Shown: positions 9,649-19,541 of the stretch, one piece after another
Numbering within the stretch: position 1 is the stretch's first letter
Layout of the letters: every line of letters begins with the position of its first letter
Assembly: GCA_038882975.1 (NCBI GenBank)
Contig: JAVZNE010000002.1
Coordinates: 64,001 to 128,000 of the forward strand
From: Candidatus Bathyarchaeia archaeon
Lineage (GTDB): Archaea > Thermoproteota > Bathyarchaeia > Bathyarchaeales > Bathycorpusculaceae
Length of the DNA stretch: 64,000 bases
Direction: 5' to 3'
Notes under the pieces: generated by a model
Databases searched by the model: none
Told to the model about the DNA's origin: nothing
What the model saw: only the letters and a program-made list of their open reading frames with translations
Translations under genes and position numbers: made by a program

Positions 9649-10109
9649 TGGAAAGGTCGAGAATGCTTAACCTAAGAGCCCACCACATACTATGTTTAAT
9701 AATACCAGATTCCAACGAATTCTGCACAACAGCCAGAAAAAAGTTTATGGAGAAAGGATACACCGACAATTACATTAACGCATACATGAAGGTATTTAAT
9801 ATTGTCCGCAGGAAAAAGGATGCAGAGATAAAAATCTTAGACAACCCAAAAAATGACGACACCTGTGTACGCTGCGGTAATTACGCCGACGGTACATGTA
9901 TTTCACCCCACGCAACAACCTTTGCAAAGTGGGACAAAGAAATCCTAACCATTTTTGAGTTAAAGGTTAACGATGTTTTAAAGGTGCGAGACTTAATCAA
10001 GCTTGTCAAGAGAAGAGTTGACCCAAATAACATGCCGGGAGTCTGCCGAGGCTGCCTATTTAATTTGGACAGCAAATGCCGCGAAAGGCTTGTCTCCGCG
10101 AACCTTTAA
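9648..10109 (+). CDS. DUF1284-like Cys-rich protein
   Basis: LRAHHILCL N-terminus, DDTCVRC, CRGC. Confidence 0.65.
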   Translation: MERSRMLNLRAHHILCLIIPDSNEFCTTARKKFMEKGYTDNYINAYMKVFNIVRRKKDAEIKILDNPKNDDTCVRCGNYADGTCISPHATTFAKWDKEILTIFELKVNDVLKVRDLIKLVKRRVDPNNMPGVCRGCLFNLDSKCRERLVSANL

Positions 10110-10185
10110 CAACAACCAGCAGTCCTTTAGTCTCCGGCTTTAAACGCACAAATCTTATAGAAGAAAAGGAAACTCTATATCAGCC

Positions 10186-11235
10186 GTGTTTAACATGAAA
10201 AATGAAGTTGAAAATGTTATGGAAGAACTGCCAAACTCCATGGAAACAGGTAGACACTTTTATTATCTGAAGTTGCTGGAGCTTTGGGATGGATCAACCC
10301 TTCACTTGCCAATAATAGTAGTTTCAGGGAGGAAGACATGTCCCACTTTGTGTATTGTTGCATCCGTTATGGGTGACGAATTTCCAGGAACAGTTGTGGC
10401 TAGAAAGGTTGCGCTGGAATTAGATCCCGGAAAATTAAGAGGAACAATTATATCCGTTCCGATAGCGAACCCACCGTCATTCGGCTTTGGATCACATCCA
10501 CCCCTACACGTAAGCCCCCTAGACCACATGAACATGAATAGAATTTTTCCGGGTCGCCAAGACGGATATCCAAGCGAAAGAATCGCTTACGCAATTTTTG
10601 AGAAAGTTGTACGGAAAATGAAGGCAAACTATGTTGTCTCTTTTCATGGAGGGGGACCCTACTGTGAAGTTTACCCAGCCACCTACTTCACGGAAACAAA
10701 AGTTACAGAAGCCTCAATAGAGCTGGCCCTAGCCTTCGGAGTTGAACTGAACACAAAAATTTCGGAGGAGCTTCTTCCAACAGAGGAGCCTGAACGAGTT
10801 ACCGGCACATTGGATGCATGCTGCGGAAGACACGCCATACCAGCTATAATCGCAGACATCGGCGGATGGGGCATACTCTCAAATTACGGCTACTCATGGG
10901 TGGAAATAGGGTCTCGTGGAATTCTGAACATAATGAGATACTACAAAATGATTCCCGGAAAAGCTAAATTCCACCCGAAAGCTAAAGTTTTCGAAGGAAG
11001 AGTTTGGGTAAGACCGAACACAGGTGGATTTTTCGAAGCTAAAGTAAAACTAGGCCAAGGAGTTTCTAAAGGAAAAACTCTCGGCATAGTAACTGACGTT
11101 TTCGGGAAGAAAAAAGAAGAATTAATAGCCCCAAAAGATGGGGTCGTGCAACTCATAAGAACATACCCTGTTATAGGTTCAGGAGAAGAAGCATTCCTCA
11201 TCCATTACGGCGGCAAACCTATAAAACCACAATAG
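10186..11235 (+). CDS. Succinylglutamate desuccinylase/aspartoacylase (M14) family protein
   Basis: GDE, VPIANP, NMNRIFPG, SFHGG, C-terminal barrel (APKDGVV). Confidence 0.82.
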   Translation: MFNMKNEVENVMEELPNSMETGRHFYYLKLLELWDGSTLHLPIIVVSGRKTCPTLCIVASVMGDEFPGTVVARKVALELDPGKLRGTIISVPIANPPSFGFGSHPPLHVSPLDHMNMNRIFPGRQDGYPSERIAYAIFEKVVRKMKANYVVSFHGGGPYCEVYPATYFTETKVTEASIELALAFGVELNTKISEELLPTEEPERVTGTLDACCGRHAIPAIIADIGGWGILSNYGYSWVEIGSRGILNIMRYYKMIPGKAKFHPKAKVFEGRVWVRPNTGGFFEAKVKLGQGVSKGKTLGIVTDVFGKKKEELIAPKDGVVQLIRTYPVIGSGEEAFLIHYGGKPIKPQ

Positions 11236-11249
11236 GAACTGATGCAACC

Positions 11250-11945
11250 ATGGTGAATTCAAAAGAAGAGACCTTTGAAAACAGCCTTTTATGCGACACC
11301 CTAAAGAACTGCGGTAAAGTGTACTTTTTACTAGGAAAGATTTATGAAAAGGAAGTGACCGCTAACCTTCTTAAATCTCTTAGCGAAAGCATAACATTTT
11401 TTAGAAGCAAAAAGTTAAGCGACGAGGAATTAGAAAAAGGAATTGAACTGTTGGACGAGTATTTAAGTAAGCAAAGAAGCCGTGGCTTCGAGTGTGCAGA
11501 AGCAGAGTTGGCAGTTGATTATGCCAACCTTTTTCTAGGAGTTAAGGGCTTGCCTCATCCTTCAGAGTCAGCCTACAAGTGCGGTTTTATAATGGCAAGT
11601 CCTTGCGAGGAAGTACTTCGAACATATCAAAAGGCAAATCTTAACCTTAAAGAGGATTATAAAGAGCCAGCAGACCACATTGCCGTAGAACTATACTTCA
11701 TGGCAAACCTGTGCTGGAAAACCGCAGAAAATTTAGCCAAAAATAAGAAACACGAAGCCAAAAAGTGTTTACAAATAATGAAAGACTTTCTAAACAATCA
11801 TCTACTATCATGGATCCCGTCGTTCACTACGAACATTTCGAATTTAGCTATAACGGATTTTTATAGAGGTCTAGCAATAATCACTAAAAGGTTTGCCGAG
11901 CTTAACAAAGCCTTAACGGAACAAGCGCTTAAACTTTTAGCCTAA
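11250..11945 (+). CDS. TorD/DmsD family molybdoenzyme maturation chaperone
   Basis: DYANLFLG, HPSESAY, EPADHIAVELYFM, FLNNHLLSW. Confidence 0.9.
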   Translation: MVNSKEETFENSLLCDTLKNCGKVYFLLGKIYEKEVTANLLKSLSESITFFRSKKLSDEELEKGIELLDEYLSKQRSRGFECAEAELAVDYANLFLGVKGLPHPSESAYKCGFIMASPCEEVLRTYQKANLNLKEDYKEPADHIAVELYFMANLCWKTAENLAKNKKHEAKKCLQIMKDFLNNHLLSWIPSFTTNISNLAITDFYRGLAIITKRFAELNKALTEQALKLLA

Positions 11946-12023
11946 AACGCTGTTTACGGAAGTTTTTAAATAATTGCTCTTTAGTAACTGTTATCCAAAA
12001 CAATTGTAGAGGGGTAGGAGTCA

Positions 12024-14720
12024 ATGGATATTAAAGAATTATCGGACATTGCGTCGTCTTTAAGTCTTGCCTTCGACGGGGCAGCTTTAACCCGGGAAAC
12101 GCCGCTGAAGGAAGAAACTGCGAAAGAAATAGACTCAGACGACGTGAAGGTTTGCTATGTAAGTCACGGTCTTGGAGGCATCTCAGGTTCAGCTGAACCT
12201 CTCGAAGTTCACGTTAAAAATGGTAGAATATTGAGAATAAAGCCCATCCACTTCCCTGAGGTGAGGCTTTACGAGATAAAGGCTCGGGGAAAGACTTTCA
12301 CTCAGCCTGCTAAAACCTTACCATACTGGGTTAGCCTAGCCTACAAGAAACGTGTTTATTCACCTAACAGAGTAAGGTACCCCTTGAAAAGGGTGGATTG
12401 GAGCCCCGAAAACAGGAATCCCCAAAACAGAGGTAAAAGCGGTTTTGTTAGAATAACGTGGGAGGAAGCCCTAGACATAATTGAGAAGGAACTTAAACGC
12501 ATAAAAGAAACTTATGGACTGTGGTCCGTTCTTGTACAAGATGACGGGCATGGACAAGGAGGAGCTGTCCAAACACCCCACGGCATCCACCATGAATTGT
12601 TCCGCCAGCTTGGGGGATGGACACAGCAAGTTAGAAACCCCGACAGCTGGGAAGGATACTACTGGGGCGCAAAACACGTGTGGGGAATGGAGGGACCCCA
12701 CGCAGGGCTTCCACATCAAGACGCTATATTTGATGATATTCTTGAAAATACTGAAGTGCTAATTTTCACGGGATGCGATCCTGAAGCCACCGTTGCCGGA
12801 TTTGCGGGGCAGATCGGCAGCATCATGTGCCGATGGTTCAAAGAAGCTGGCATTAAAATAATTGCAATATCTCCCGACTGCAACTTTGCAAATGCAATAC
12901 ACGCCAATAAATGGATTCCAATAAGGCCAAATACGGATGGCGCGTTATATTTGGCAATTGCATATCTGTGGATAAAGAATGGAACGTACGACCAGAATTT
13001 TGTCCAAACCCACTGCGTTGGCTTTGAGGAATTCCGTAAATACGTAACCGGAGAGGAGGATGGAGTACCGAAAACACCAGAGTGGGCTGAGAAAATAACA
13101 GGGATTCCTTCTAGGGTTATAAAGGCGTTGGCTAAAGTATGGGTTAAAAAGCGGACATCTCTTGCACTTTTCTTCGGCGGTCCAAAAATTAGAGGCCCCT
13201 ACTCTCATGAAACAGCTAGGTTAGAAGTAATATGTTTGGCAATGCAGGGATTGGGAAAACCCGGGAGACAATTACTTAGAGGGTTCTACCCGGCCGCTAC
13301 TGGCAAAAGGATAGCGCCGATCCCTCAGTATCCAGAGACTACGAGAAGTTTTGTTAGCAGTCCCATGGCCAGATACACTGTTACAGCCGTTTCCCCAGTG
13401 ATTGTGCCAAAGGTGCTGGTAGCCGACGCAATTTTGAACCCCCCGATAACATGGTATGGTACAGGGGCGATAAGCGCAACAAGGGAAGATCAATTTAAAA
13501 AGTATACGTTTCCACCTGAGGGCCACCCGGGTATACGTATGATTTGGAACGCCAACGGCTGCTATATCACTTGCTGGAACAGTAAGATAATAGACGCATA
13601 TAGAAGCCCCCAGATAGAGTTCATAGTGGCTGTTACTCCTTGGCTTGAAAACGAGGCCATGTTTGCTGATATAATACTTCCAGCACAGACGATTTTTGAA
13701 CATGAAGATCTAATAATAACCAGTAGATCTGCGGTGAGCGCAACCACGTATCAGGAAAAATGTATTGAACCCATAGGTGAATCAAAAAGCGATTATGAAA
13801 TATGCCGTTTAATAGCCCAAAGGATGGGTGTTGGAAATGCTTTTCCACCACAAGAGGAGCTCATGAAAAGCTTATACGAAGCATCTTACGCTGCGACAAA
13901 ATATGGAGTAAGCTGGGAAGAATTCAAGAAAAGGAAAATATTCATCCCGGACCACCCAACATGGGAGGAATGGAAACAAATCCAAAATAATATAGCTACA
14001 ACCTATGGCCTAACATGGGGCGCCAAGCCAGGACTAACATGGTTCTATGAATTGCCGGAAGGAAAAGGTCTTGAAACCCCCACGGGCAAGCTAGAGATAG
14101 TTTCTAGCGGATTAGCCGAGCACTTTCCGGATGATGAGGAAAGGCCTCCTCTCCCCCGGTACATACCCTATGGGGAGACGCATCAAGAAAGTCTACTCCA
14201 CCCGAGAGCCAAAAAATACCCATTACTTTTGGAGTCAAACCATCCGAAATGGAGATTTCACGCACAAGGAGACGACATAACATGGTTGAGGGAAATACCC
14301 ACATGCAAAGTAAGGGGGCCGGATGGTTACCTATACGAGCCCGTTTGGATTCATCCCATCGACGCAGCCAAAAGAGGCATAAAAACAGGGGATATAGTGA
14401 AAGTTTACAATGAACTAGGAACGGTGCTCTGCGGAGCCTACGTAACGGAACGAATAATGCCTGGAAGCGTCCTTGCGCATCACGGGGCAAGGGCTGACTT
14501 GGTATCCATAAGCCCGCTCATAGATAGAGGTGGAGCAATCGACCTAATTGTTCCGCCCAAACCAATGTCTAAAAACGCTGTGGGTCAAGTTTGCAGCGGC
14601 ATCCTTGTTGAAGTTGAAAAAGTGGATATTACTGAGCTCATGAAAAAATATCCGGAGGCTTTTAAGCGTCCACAACATCCGGATGTTGGTCCATTCTATG
14701 AAACCTGGGTTATGGGGTGA
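12024..14720 (+). CDS. Molybdopterin enzyme, pyrogallol-phloroglucinol transhydroxylase large subunit (AthL)-like
   Basis: RNPQNRGKSGFVRITWEEALD, NPDSWEGYYWGAKHVWG (Ser ligand motif), no N-terminal FS0 Cys motif, YEPVWIHPIDAAKRGI. Confidence 0.85.
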   Translation: MDIKELSDIASSLSLAFDGAALTRETPLKEETAKEIDSDDVKVCYVSHGLGGISGSAEPLEVHVKNGRILRIKPIHFPEVRLYEIKARGKTFTQPAKTLPYWVSLAYKKRVYSPNRVRYPLKRVDWSPENRNPQNRGKSGFVRITWEEALDIIEKELKRIKETYGLWSVLVQDDGHGQGGAVQTPHGIHHELFRQLGGWTQQVRNPDSWEGYYWGAKHVWGMEGPHAGLPHQDAIFDDILENTEVLIFTGCDPEATVAGFAGQIGSIMCRWFKEAGIKIIAISPDCNFANAIHANKWIPIRPNTDGALYLAIAYLWIKNGTYDQNFVQTHCVGFEEFRKYVTGEEDGVPKTPEWAEKITGIPSRVIKALAKVWVKKRTSLALFFGGPKIRGPYSHETARLEVICLAMQGLGKPGRQLLRGFYPAATGKRIAPIPQYPETTRSFVSSPMARYTVTAVSPVIVPKVLVADAILNPPITWYGTGAISATREDQFKKYTFPPEGHPGIRMIWNANGCYITCWNSKIIDAYRSPQIEFIVAVTPWLENEAMFADIILPAQTIFEHEDLIITSRSAVSATTYQEKCIEPIGESKSDYEICRLIAQRMGVGNAFPPQEELMKSLYEASYAATKYGVSWEEFKKRKIFIPDHPTWEEWKQIQNNIATTYGLTWGAKPGLTWFYELPEGKGLETPTGKLEIVSSGLAEHFPDDEERPPLPRYIPYGETHQESLLHPRAKKYPLLLESNHPKWRFHAQGDDITWLREIPTCKVRGPDGYLYEPVWIHPIDAAKRGIKTGDIVKVYNELGTVLCGAYVTERIMPGSVLAHHGARADLVSISPLIDRGGAIDLIVPPKPMSKNAVGQVCSGILVEVEKVDITELMKKYPEAFKRPQHPDVGPFYETWVMG

Positions 14721-14726
14721 ACATAT

Positions 14727-15569
14727 ATGGGGAAAGTCTTTGTCATAGACGTAGCTAAGTGCAATGGTTGCTACTGCTGCCAAATAGCATGCAAAGATGA
14801 ACATGTGGAAAACGATTGGAGACCCTACACGAAACCGCAGCCTGACACTGGACATTTTTGGCTGAAAATTGAAGAACAGGAAAGGGGCAGCACCCCCAAA
14901 GTTAGAGTAACCTACATACCGCGCCTCTGTATGCACTGCGATAGCCCGCCATGCATCACGGCATGCCCTGTCAGGGCGATAACAAAGAGGGCGGATGGAA
15001 TAGTCCTCATAGATCAAGCGAAATGTAATGGATGCAAACAGTGTCTGGATGCTTGTCCATACAATGCGATATATTTTAACGACCAATTTAAGGTCGCCCA
15101 AAAATGCACCATGTGCGCTCACATATTGGATGGAAAGGATCCACTTGTTAAAGTTCCAAGATGCGTTGAAGTCTGTCCCCATAACGCCATAATTTTCGGA
15201 GAGTATGCCGAACTGAAAGACTTAATTGAAAAAGCGGAATTTCTAAAACCCGAATACGACACCAAACCGCGAGTCTACTATCTAAACATGCCGAAGCCAT
15301 TCATAGCGGGAGAGGTTTACGACCCAGAACTGGATGAATGCATTGAAGGAGCAAAAGTGGTTGCAGTGAACCTGAGAACTGGGAAAACACATCACACCGA
15401 GACTGACGAGTTCGGAGACTTCTGGCTTGAAAACCTAGAGTGGGGAAACACTTACAAGGTTAATATAGAAAAGGAAGGCTACGTTCCGTGGTCTATAGAC
15501 GAAGTAAAAACGGATAAAGATGTAAACTTAGGCGAAATAACATTACTGAAAAAACCCAAAAAACGCTGA
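14727..15569 (+). CDS. Transhydroxylase small subunit (BthL)-like Fe-S protein with C-terminal beta-sandwich domain
   Basis: IDVAKCNGCYCCQIACKDEH, CMHC, KCTMCAH; C-terminal TDEFGDFWLENL domain. Confidence 0.85.
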   Translation: MGKVFVIDVAKCNGCYCCQIACKDEHVENDWRPYTKPQPDTGHFWLKIEEQERGSTPKVRVTYIPRLCMHCDSPPCITACPVRAITKRADGIVLIDQAKCNGCKQCLDACPYNAIYFNDQFKVAQKCTMCAHILDGKDPLVKVPRCVEVCPHNAIIFGEYAELKDLIEKAEFLKPEYDTKPRVYYLNMPKPFIAGEVYDPELDECIEGAKVVAVNLRTGKTHHTETDEFGDFWLENLEWGNTYKVNIEKEGYVPWSIDEVKTDKDVNLGEITLLKKPKKR

Positions 15570-15637
15570 CGAGGAAACTATTTTAGCCAAAATGGCAAAG
15601 TTATAAAGCAAAGGCTATGCATTTGGCGAGTGGTGAT

Positions 15638-15973
15638 ATGATAAAAGTAAAATTTGAAGAGGCTAAACCATACGACGCCCGTGGACACTTTAACATGGTT
15701 GCATTGAGACTCCAACACAAAGAAAACACTGGGGTCGAAAAATTTTGGGTCGGTTTGTCACATTTTCTTCCCGGCGGAGGGGCAGAAATGTCTGCCAGCA
15801 ATTTCGAGAGAGTGTATGTAATGCTATCTGGCAAAATTACCGTAATAGCAGAGGACGGAAAGGAAATAGAGCTTGAACCCCTTGATTCAATTTACATACC
15901 ACCCGGCGAAAAGCGCTCACTAATCAACAGAACTAACATGCCGGCGAGCATGCTGGTCATTTGCAGCACTTAG
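15638..15973 (+). CDS. Cupin domain protein
   Basis: SHFLPGGGAEM..ERVYVMLSG..DSIYIPPGE; ATG at 15638 follows a GGTGA SD (alternative start 15617). Confidence 0.85.
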   Translation: MIKVKFEEAKPYDARGHFNMVALRLQHKENTGVEKFWVGLSHFLPGGGAEMSASNFERVYVMLSGKITVIAEDGKEIELEPLDSIYIPPGEKRSLINRTNMPASMLVICST

Positions 15974-15991
15974 ACCAAAAACAAAATAAGG

Positions 15992-16894
15992 ATGGTTCTT
16001 TCACCACTTATGGCGGAGAGTGAATTTATGCGTGAAGATGTGCTGGAAAAGTATTTGCATGGATTTTTAGACAAAAGCGCCCTTGGCAAGCCAGAAGATG
16101 CCCTCAAAAAGCCGCTAGCTAAAATCTTTGGAAAGAATGTTGAGATTTTCGATTTAACACAGCCTTTCAGTGGGATGACACCAATATGGCCTTACGCAGC
16201 TGGAAACCCGCAGGTCACAAGGCTACGTTCTCATAACCATGATCGTGTGGTGGCACATTCTATAACGCATACAATGCACATCGCGACACATGTGGATGCA
16301 CCGCTTCACGTTGAAGAGGGCTACCCATCAATTGACCAAATGCCTTTGGAGCGTTACATAGGAGATGGTGTTGTCGTCTCAATTCCTAAGAAAACATGGG
16401 AAGTGATTACCCCTGAAGATCTTGAGAAGGTTGACCCTCCAATATTGGAGGGCGACATAGTGATAATCAACTCTGGTTGGCATGTTTACTATGGAGACAG
16501 CACTCGTTACTTCTGTTATGCCCCAGGATTATACAAGGATGCGGCAGAATGGTTTGTCAAGAAGAAAGTCAAAGGTGTTGGTGTTGACGAGCCCGCCATT
16601 GATCATCCGCTTGGAACGAGGCTTGTCCAGACAGCAGGGGGCTTCCAGCCTCTCTTACCATGGCTGATTGAAGCGTACAAGAAAGCTACTGGAAGAGATG
16701 TCTATCAAGATTTCCCATACTGGGAGCCATGTCACAGAATACTATACACGCATGGAATCTTTGGAATAGAAAACGTTGGAGGAGAAATAGACAAGGTAAC
16801 TGGCAAGAGATGTGTCATAGCTGCTTTTCCGCTCAAATGGATTGGGGGCGACGGGTCAATGGTCCGCTTAGTAGCCATGGTGGAGAAAAGGTAG
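15992..16894 (+). CDS. Cyclase (kynurenine formamidase-like) family metallohydrolase
   Basis: HIATHVDAPLH metal motif, GVGVD, HRILY..GIENVGG, GGDGSMVRLVA. Confidence 0.88.
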   Translation: MVLSPLMAESEFMREDVLEKYLHGFLDKSALGKPEDALKKPLAKIFGKNVEIFDLTQPFSGMTPIWPYAAGNPQVTRLRSHNHDRVVAHSITHTMHIATHVDAPLHVEEGYPSIDQMPLERYIGDGVVVSIPKKTWEVITPEDLEKVDPPILEGDIVIINSGWHVYYGDSTRYFCYAPGLYKDAAEWFVKKKVKGVGVDEPAIDHPLGTRLVQTAGGFQPLLPWLIEAYKKATGRDVYQDFPYWEPCHRILYTHGIFGIENVGGEIDKVTGKRCVIAAFPLKWIGGDGSMVRLVAMVEKR

Positions 16895-16905
16895 GGAGGA
16901 TAACC

Positions 16906-17676
16906 GTGGAGGACTTGTTCAGGCTTGACGGCAAAATAGCAGTTGTGATAGGCGGTGGTGGAGGTATAGGAAGAAACCTCGCCGAGGGATTAGTTCGATA
17001 CGGTGCAAAAGTAGTCATAGCCAGCAGAAACCTAGAAAACCTAGAAAAAGTGGCTAGAGAAATAAGCTCAACCTATAATGGCGAAGTCACTGCTTTTCAA
17101 GTTGACGTTACAAACGACGAAAGTGTAGCGCGATTAAGGGACCAAGTGGTATCAAAGTATGGCACTGTTGACATCCTAGTAAATTCACAAGGATATAACG
17201 TGAAAAGCTCTGCGGCAGAGTTCCCAACAAATGAATGGAACACGTTATTTGACATCAACGTTAAAGGCACAATGCTGGCATGCCGAGAGTTTGGAAAAGT
17301 AATGATTGAGAAAAGAAAGGGAAAAATAATCAACATGTCATCGGTCAGAGGTATCCGCGCAACAAAATGGCCCGGCAACCTTGGCTACTGCACAACAAAA
17401 AGCGCTGTAGACATGATTACAAAAGCTTTGGCGGCTGAATGGGCTCCATACAACGTTAACGTTAACGCCATCGCTCCGGCATGGGTGGATACAGGCTTTT
17501 CTCCAAGCTTAAGAGACCCCGCCCGTTTAAAAATAGCCCTAGAAAGCATTCCCATGGGAAGAATCGCTACACCTAAAGATGTAGTTGGCGTATGTGTCTT
17601 TCTCGCATCACCTGCGTCAGACTATGTAACTGGCCAAATAATCTATGTGGATGGCGGACTTACCCTCATAGGGTAA
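16906..17676 (+). CDS. Short-chain dehydrogenase/reductase (candidate phloroglucinol reductase-like)
   Basis: GGGGGIG, YCTTK catalytic motif, VNAIAP, YVTGQIIYVDGG; GTG at 16906 after GGAGG. Confidence 0.88.
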   Translation: MEDLFRLDGKIAVVIGGGGGIGRNLAEGLVRYGAKVVIASRNLENLEKVAREISSTYNGEVTAFQVDVTNDESVARLRDQVVSKYGTVDILVNSQGYNVKSSAAEFPTNEWNTLFDINVKGTMLACREFGKVMIEKRKGKIINMSSVRGIRATKWPGNLGYCTTKSAVDMITKALAAEWAPYNVNVNAIAPAWVDTGFSPSLRDPARLKIALESIPMGRIATPKDVVGVCVFLASPASDYVTGQIIYVDGGLTLIG

Positions 17677-17779
17677 TGAAACTATTCTTTCCTTGTTCCT
17701 TTTTCTTTATGAAATCGTTAAAGCCTTTGTAGTGAACGCCCAGAAGGTATACAAAGAAAACGGGAGATAGAGTAAGCGT

Positions 17780-19012
17780 TTACCACCATTTTTCGAGAAT
17801 TATGCATCCGTAGGCGCCATATGCGCCGTAAGCTGTACACGCCCCAATTTTAAGGTTTTTCTTCGCTTGCCTTTCTTGAGCTTCTCCTCTGAGCTGCCTA
17901 AACAACTCGTGGATCATCATAAAGGCTTGGCTCATCACCGCCTCGCCGAAGGATGCCGTCCCGCCACTTAGGTTTACTGGCAGTTTGCCATCGTGCCTGA
18001 TCTGCTTCTCCTTAATGAGTTTGTCTGTTTCTTCCCTTTCCCATCCCATTAGTTGGTCTATCCAGTTTATGGTGTGGAAGCAGCTTGTGTCATGACATTC
18101 AACAATGTCGATGTCCTCAGCTGTGATACCAGCCAGTTTGTAGGCTTTTTCTACTGGTTTGCGCCACTCAGTGAAAGGTTTAAGCCCTTTTGCTCCACCT
18201 TGTGTGGAGAAAACGCGGAGCCGTGGTATGGGCTCGCCATAAACTGGACCCCCTACCGCTGAAGCCGCTATCTTTACTGGTTTATCCGTTATTTTCCTCG
18301 CCGTGTCGCCGTCTGTTATAACAGCTGCTCCTCCACCGCTGCTAGTTGCGCATATCATATACAAGTGTAAGGGGTCGCAGACAACGGGTGAACTTAGAAC
18401 GTCTCTGGCTAAAAACACTTTTTTGTATCGAGCATATGGGTTTCTAGCGCCATACTCGCTTTGAATCTCCTTCACTAAGGCCATAAGCTCTTTTATACTG
18501 TCAACATCTTGTCCCATTTCGTACGCGCGTCGCCTTGCCCACATAGCCCAGTAGGCGGGATTGGTCGCGCCAATAACTTTTATTGCAGCAGCGTATGGAT
18601 CCGGGTCTAGAATCGACTGCCCTGGCAGGTAAAACCCCTTTGGAGAATTGTCTATCCCGGCGATAAGCACCTTTTTAAGCGAGCCAGTTTTTATCATGGA
18701 ATCCGCAACAGCAAAGGATATGGAAGCACTTGCACAAGCTGCACAAACATTTACACATTGCGCGTTACTTGTGCCTATTCTTTCTGCAAGCCTATGAGCA
18801 AAATGTTGAGCACTTGTTGTGATATAAGATGGATTGTCAAAGGGAATTGCCGTAGTGTTAGTGATTATCGCATCAAGCTCTCCCGGCTTCATTTTAGCTT
18901 CCCTGAGAGCCCTTACGGCAACTTCTGCAAGCTTATCTATAAGCAGCGGAGTGGGCTGACCAGCTTCAACCCACTCTGTTATTGCAACACTAACAATTGC
19001 ACTTTCAGGCAT
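17780..19012 (-). CDS. Thiolase, SCP2/BbsB/PhlC-like type
   Basis: NVCAACASAS, GARNPYA, ECHD, VNLSGG, QLRGEA. Confidence 0.88.
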   Translation of the reverse strand: MPESAIVSVAITEWVEAGQPTPLLIDKLAEVAVRALREAKMKPGELDAIITNTTAIPFDNPSYITTSAQHFAHRLAERIGTSNAQCVNVCAACASASISFAVADSMIKTGSLKKVLIAGIDNSPKGFYLPGQSILDPDPYAAAIKVIGATNPAYWAMWARRRAYEMGQDVDSIKELMALVKEIQSEYGARNPYARYKKVFLARDVLSSPVVCDPLHLYMICATSSGGGAAVITDGDTARKITDKPVKIAASAVGGPVYGEPIPRLRVFSTQGGAKGLKPFTEWRKPVEKAYKLAGITAEDIDIVECHDTSCFHTINWIDQLMGWEREETDKLIKEKQIRHDGKLPVNLSGGTASFGEAVMSQAFMMIHELFRQLRGEAQERQAKKNLKIGACTAYGAYGAYGCIILEKWW

Positions 19013-19013
19013 G

Positions 19014-19430
19014 TTACATCACCGGCTCAAAGAAATAGCTTAAATAGACGCTTTCGTCGTCCTCGTAAAGTTTGTCGATTTTAAGTCTTAACCTCATGCC
19101 TATCTTAAGCAGCTTTTCATCTGGAACTTTTATTCTGCTGACAACTATTATGCCTTCAGGAAGCTCCACGGCGCCGACCACATAAGGTGCTTTATGGTAT
19201 TGGAACGGCTCGCGTAAACTGTATGCATGAACAGTATATGTATACAGCGTCCCCTCAGTGCTCAAGAACCACTCCTCAACATTGACGCTGTGGTCACACT
19301 CCGGGTTATTGCAAACGTTAGACTTTGGAAATTGTATGCTTCCACATTTAGGACATCTACTACCGATTAGCCGCGGATTTTCAGACGGCCATTCAAAAAG
19401 TCCATCCATTATAGGAACTTCTTTCTTCAT
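19014..19430 (-). CDS. DUF35 Zn-ribbon/OB-fold thiolase partner
   Basis: LIGSRCPKCG..FP..C..C, GTLYTYT, PYVVGAVELPEG; likely start ATG 19430. Confidence 0.88.
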   Translation of the reverse strand: MKKEVPIMDGLFEWPSENPRLIGSRCPKCGSIQFPKSNVCNNPECDHSVNVEEWFLSTEGTLYTYTVHAYSLREPFQYHKAPYVVGAVELPEGIIVVSRIKVPDEKLLKIGMRLRLKIDKLYEDDESVYLSYFFEPVM

Positions 19431-19541
19431 ATTAACTAACCTCTTAAAAAGTGAGCTGCTACTGATTTTAATTTTTTGGTAATAGAAAACTAAATTAACA
19501 AAGGGTGAATACATGAAAGCGCAGCACGATAAAGAGGGTGA

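Noticed and set aside
14544-15182. 212-aa antisense ORF and other long shadow ORFs (e.g. 44157-44834, 37221-37784, 63462-63812)
   Set aside because: Antisense to well-supported genes with no recognisable motifs
2436-15569. Selenocysteine or pyrrolysine read-through in the redox genes
   Set aside because: ORFs are full length with ordinary stops; no in-frame TGA/TAG at catalytic positions seen
16729-16905. 59-aa N-terminal extension of the SDR
   Set aside because: Overlaps the cyclase gene; GTG 16906 with a GGAGG SD is the more plausible start
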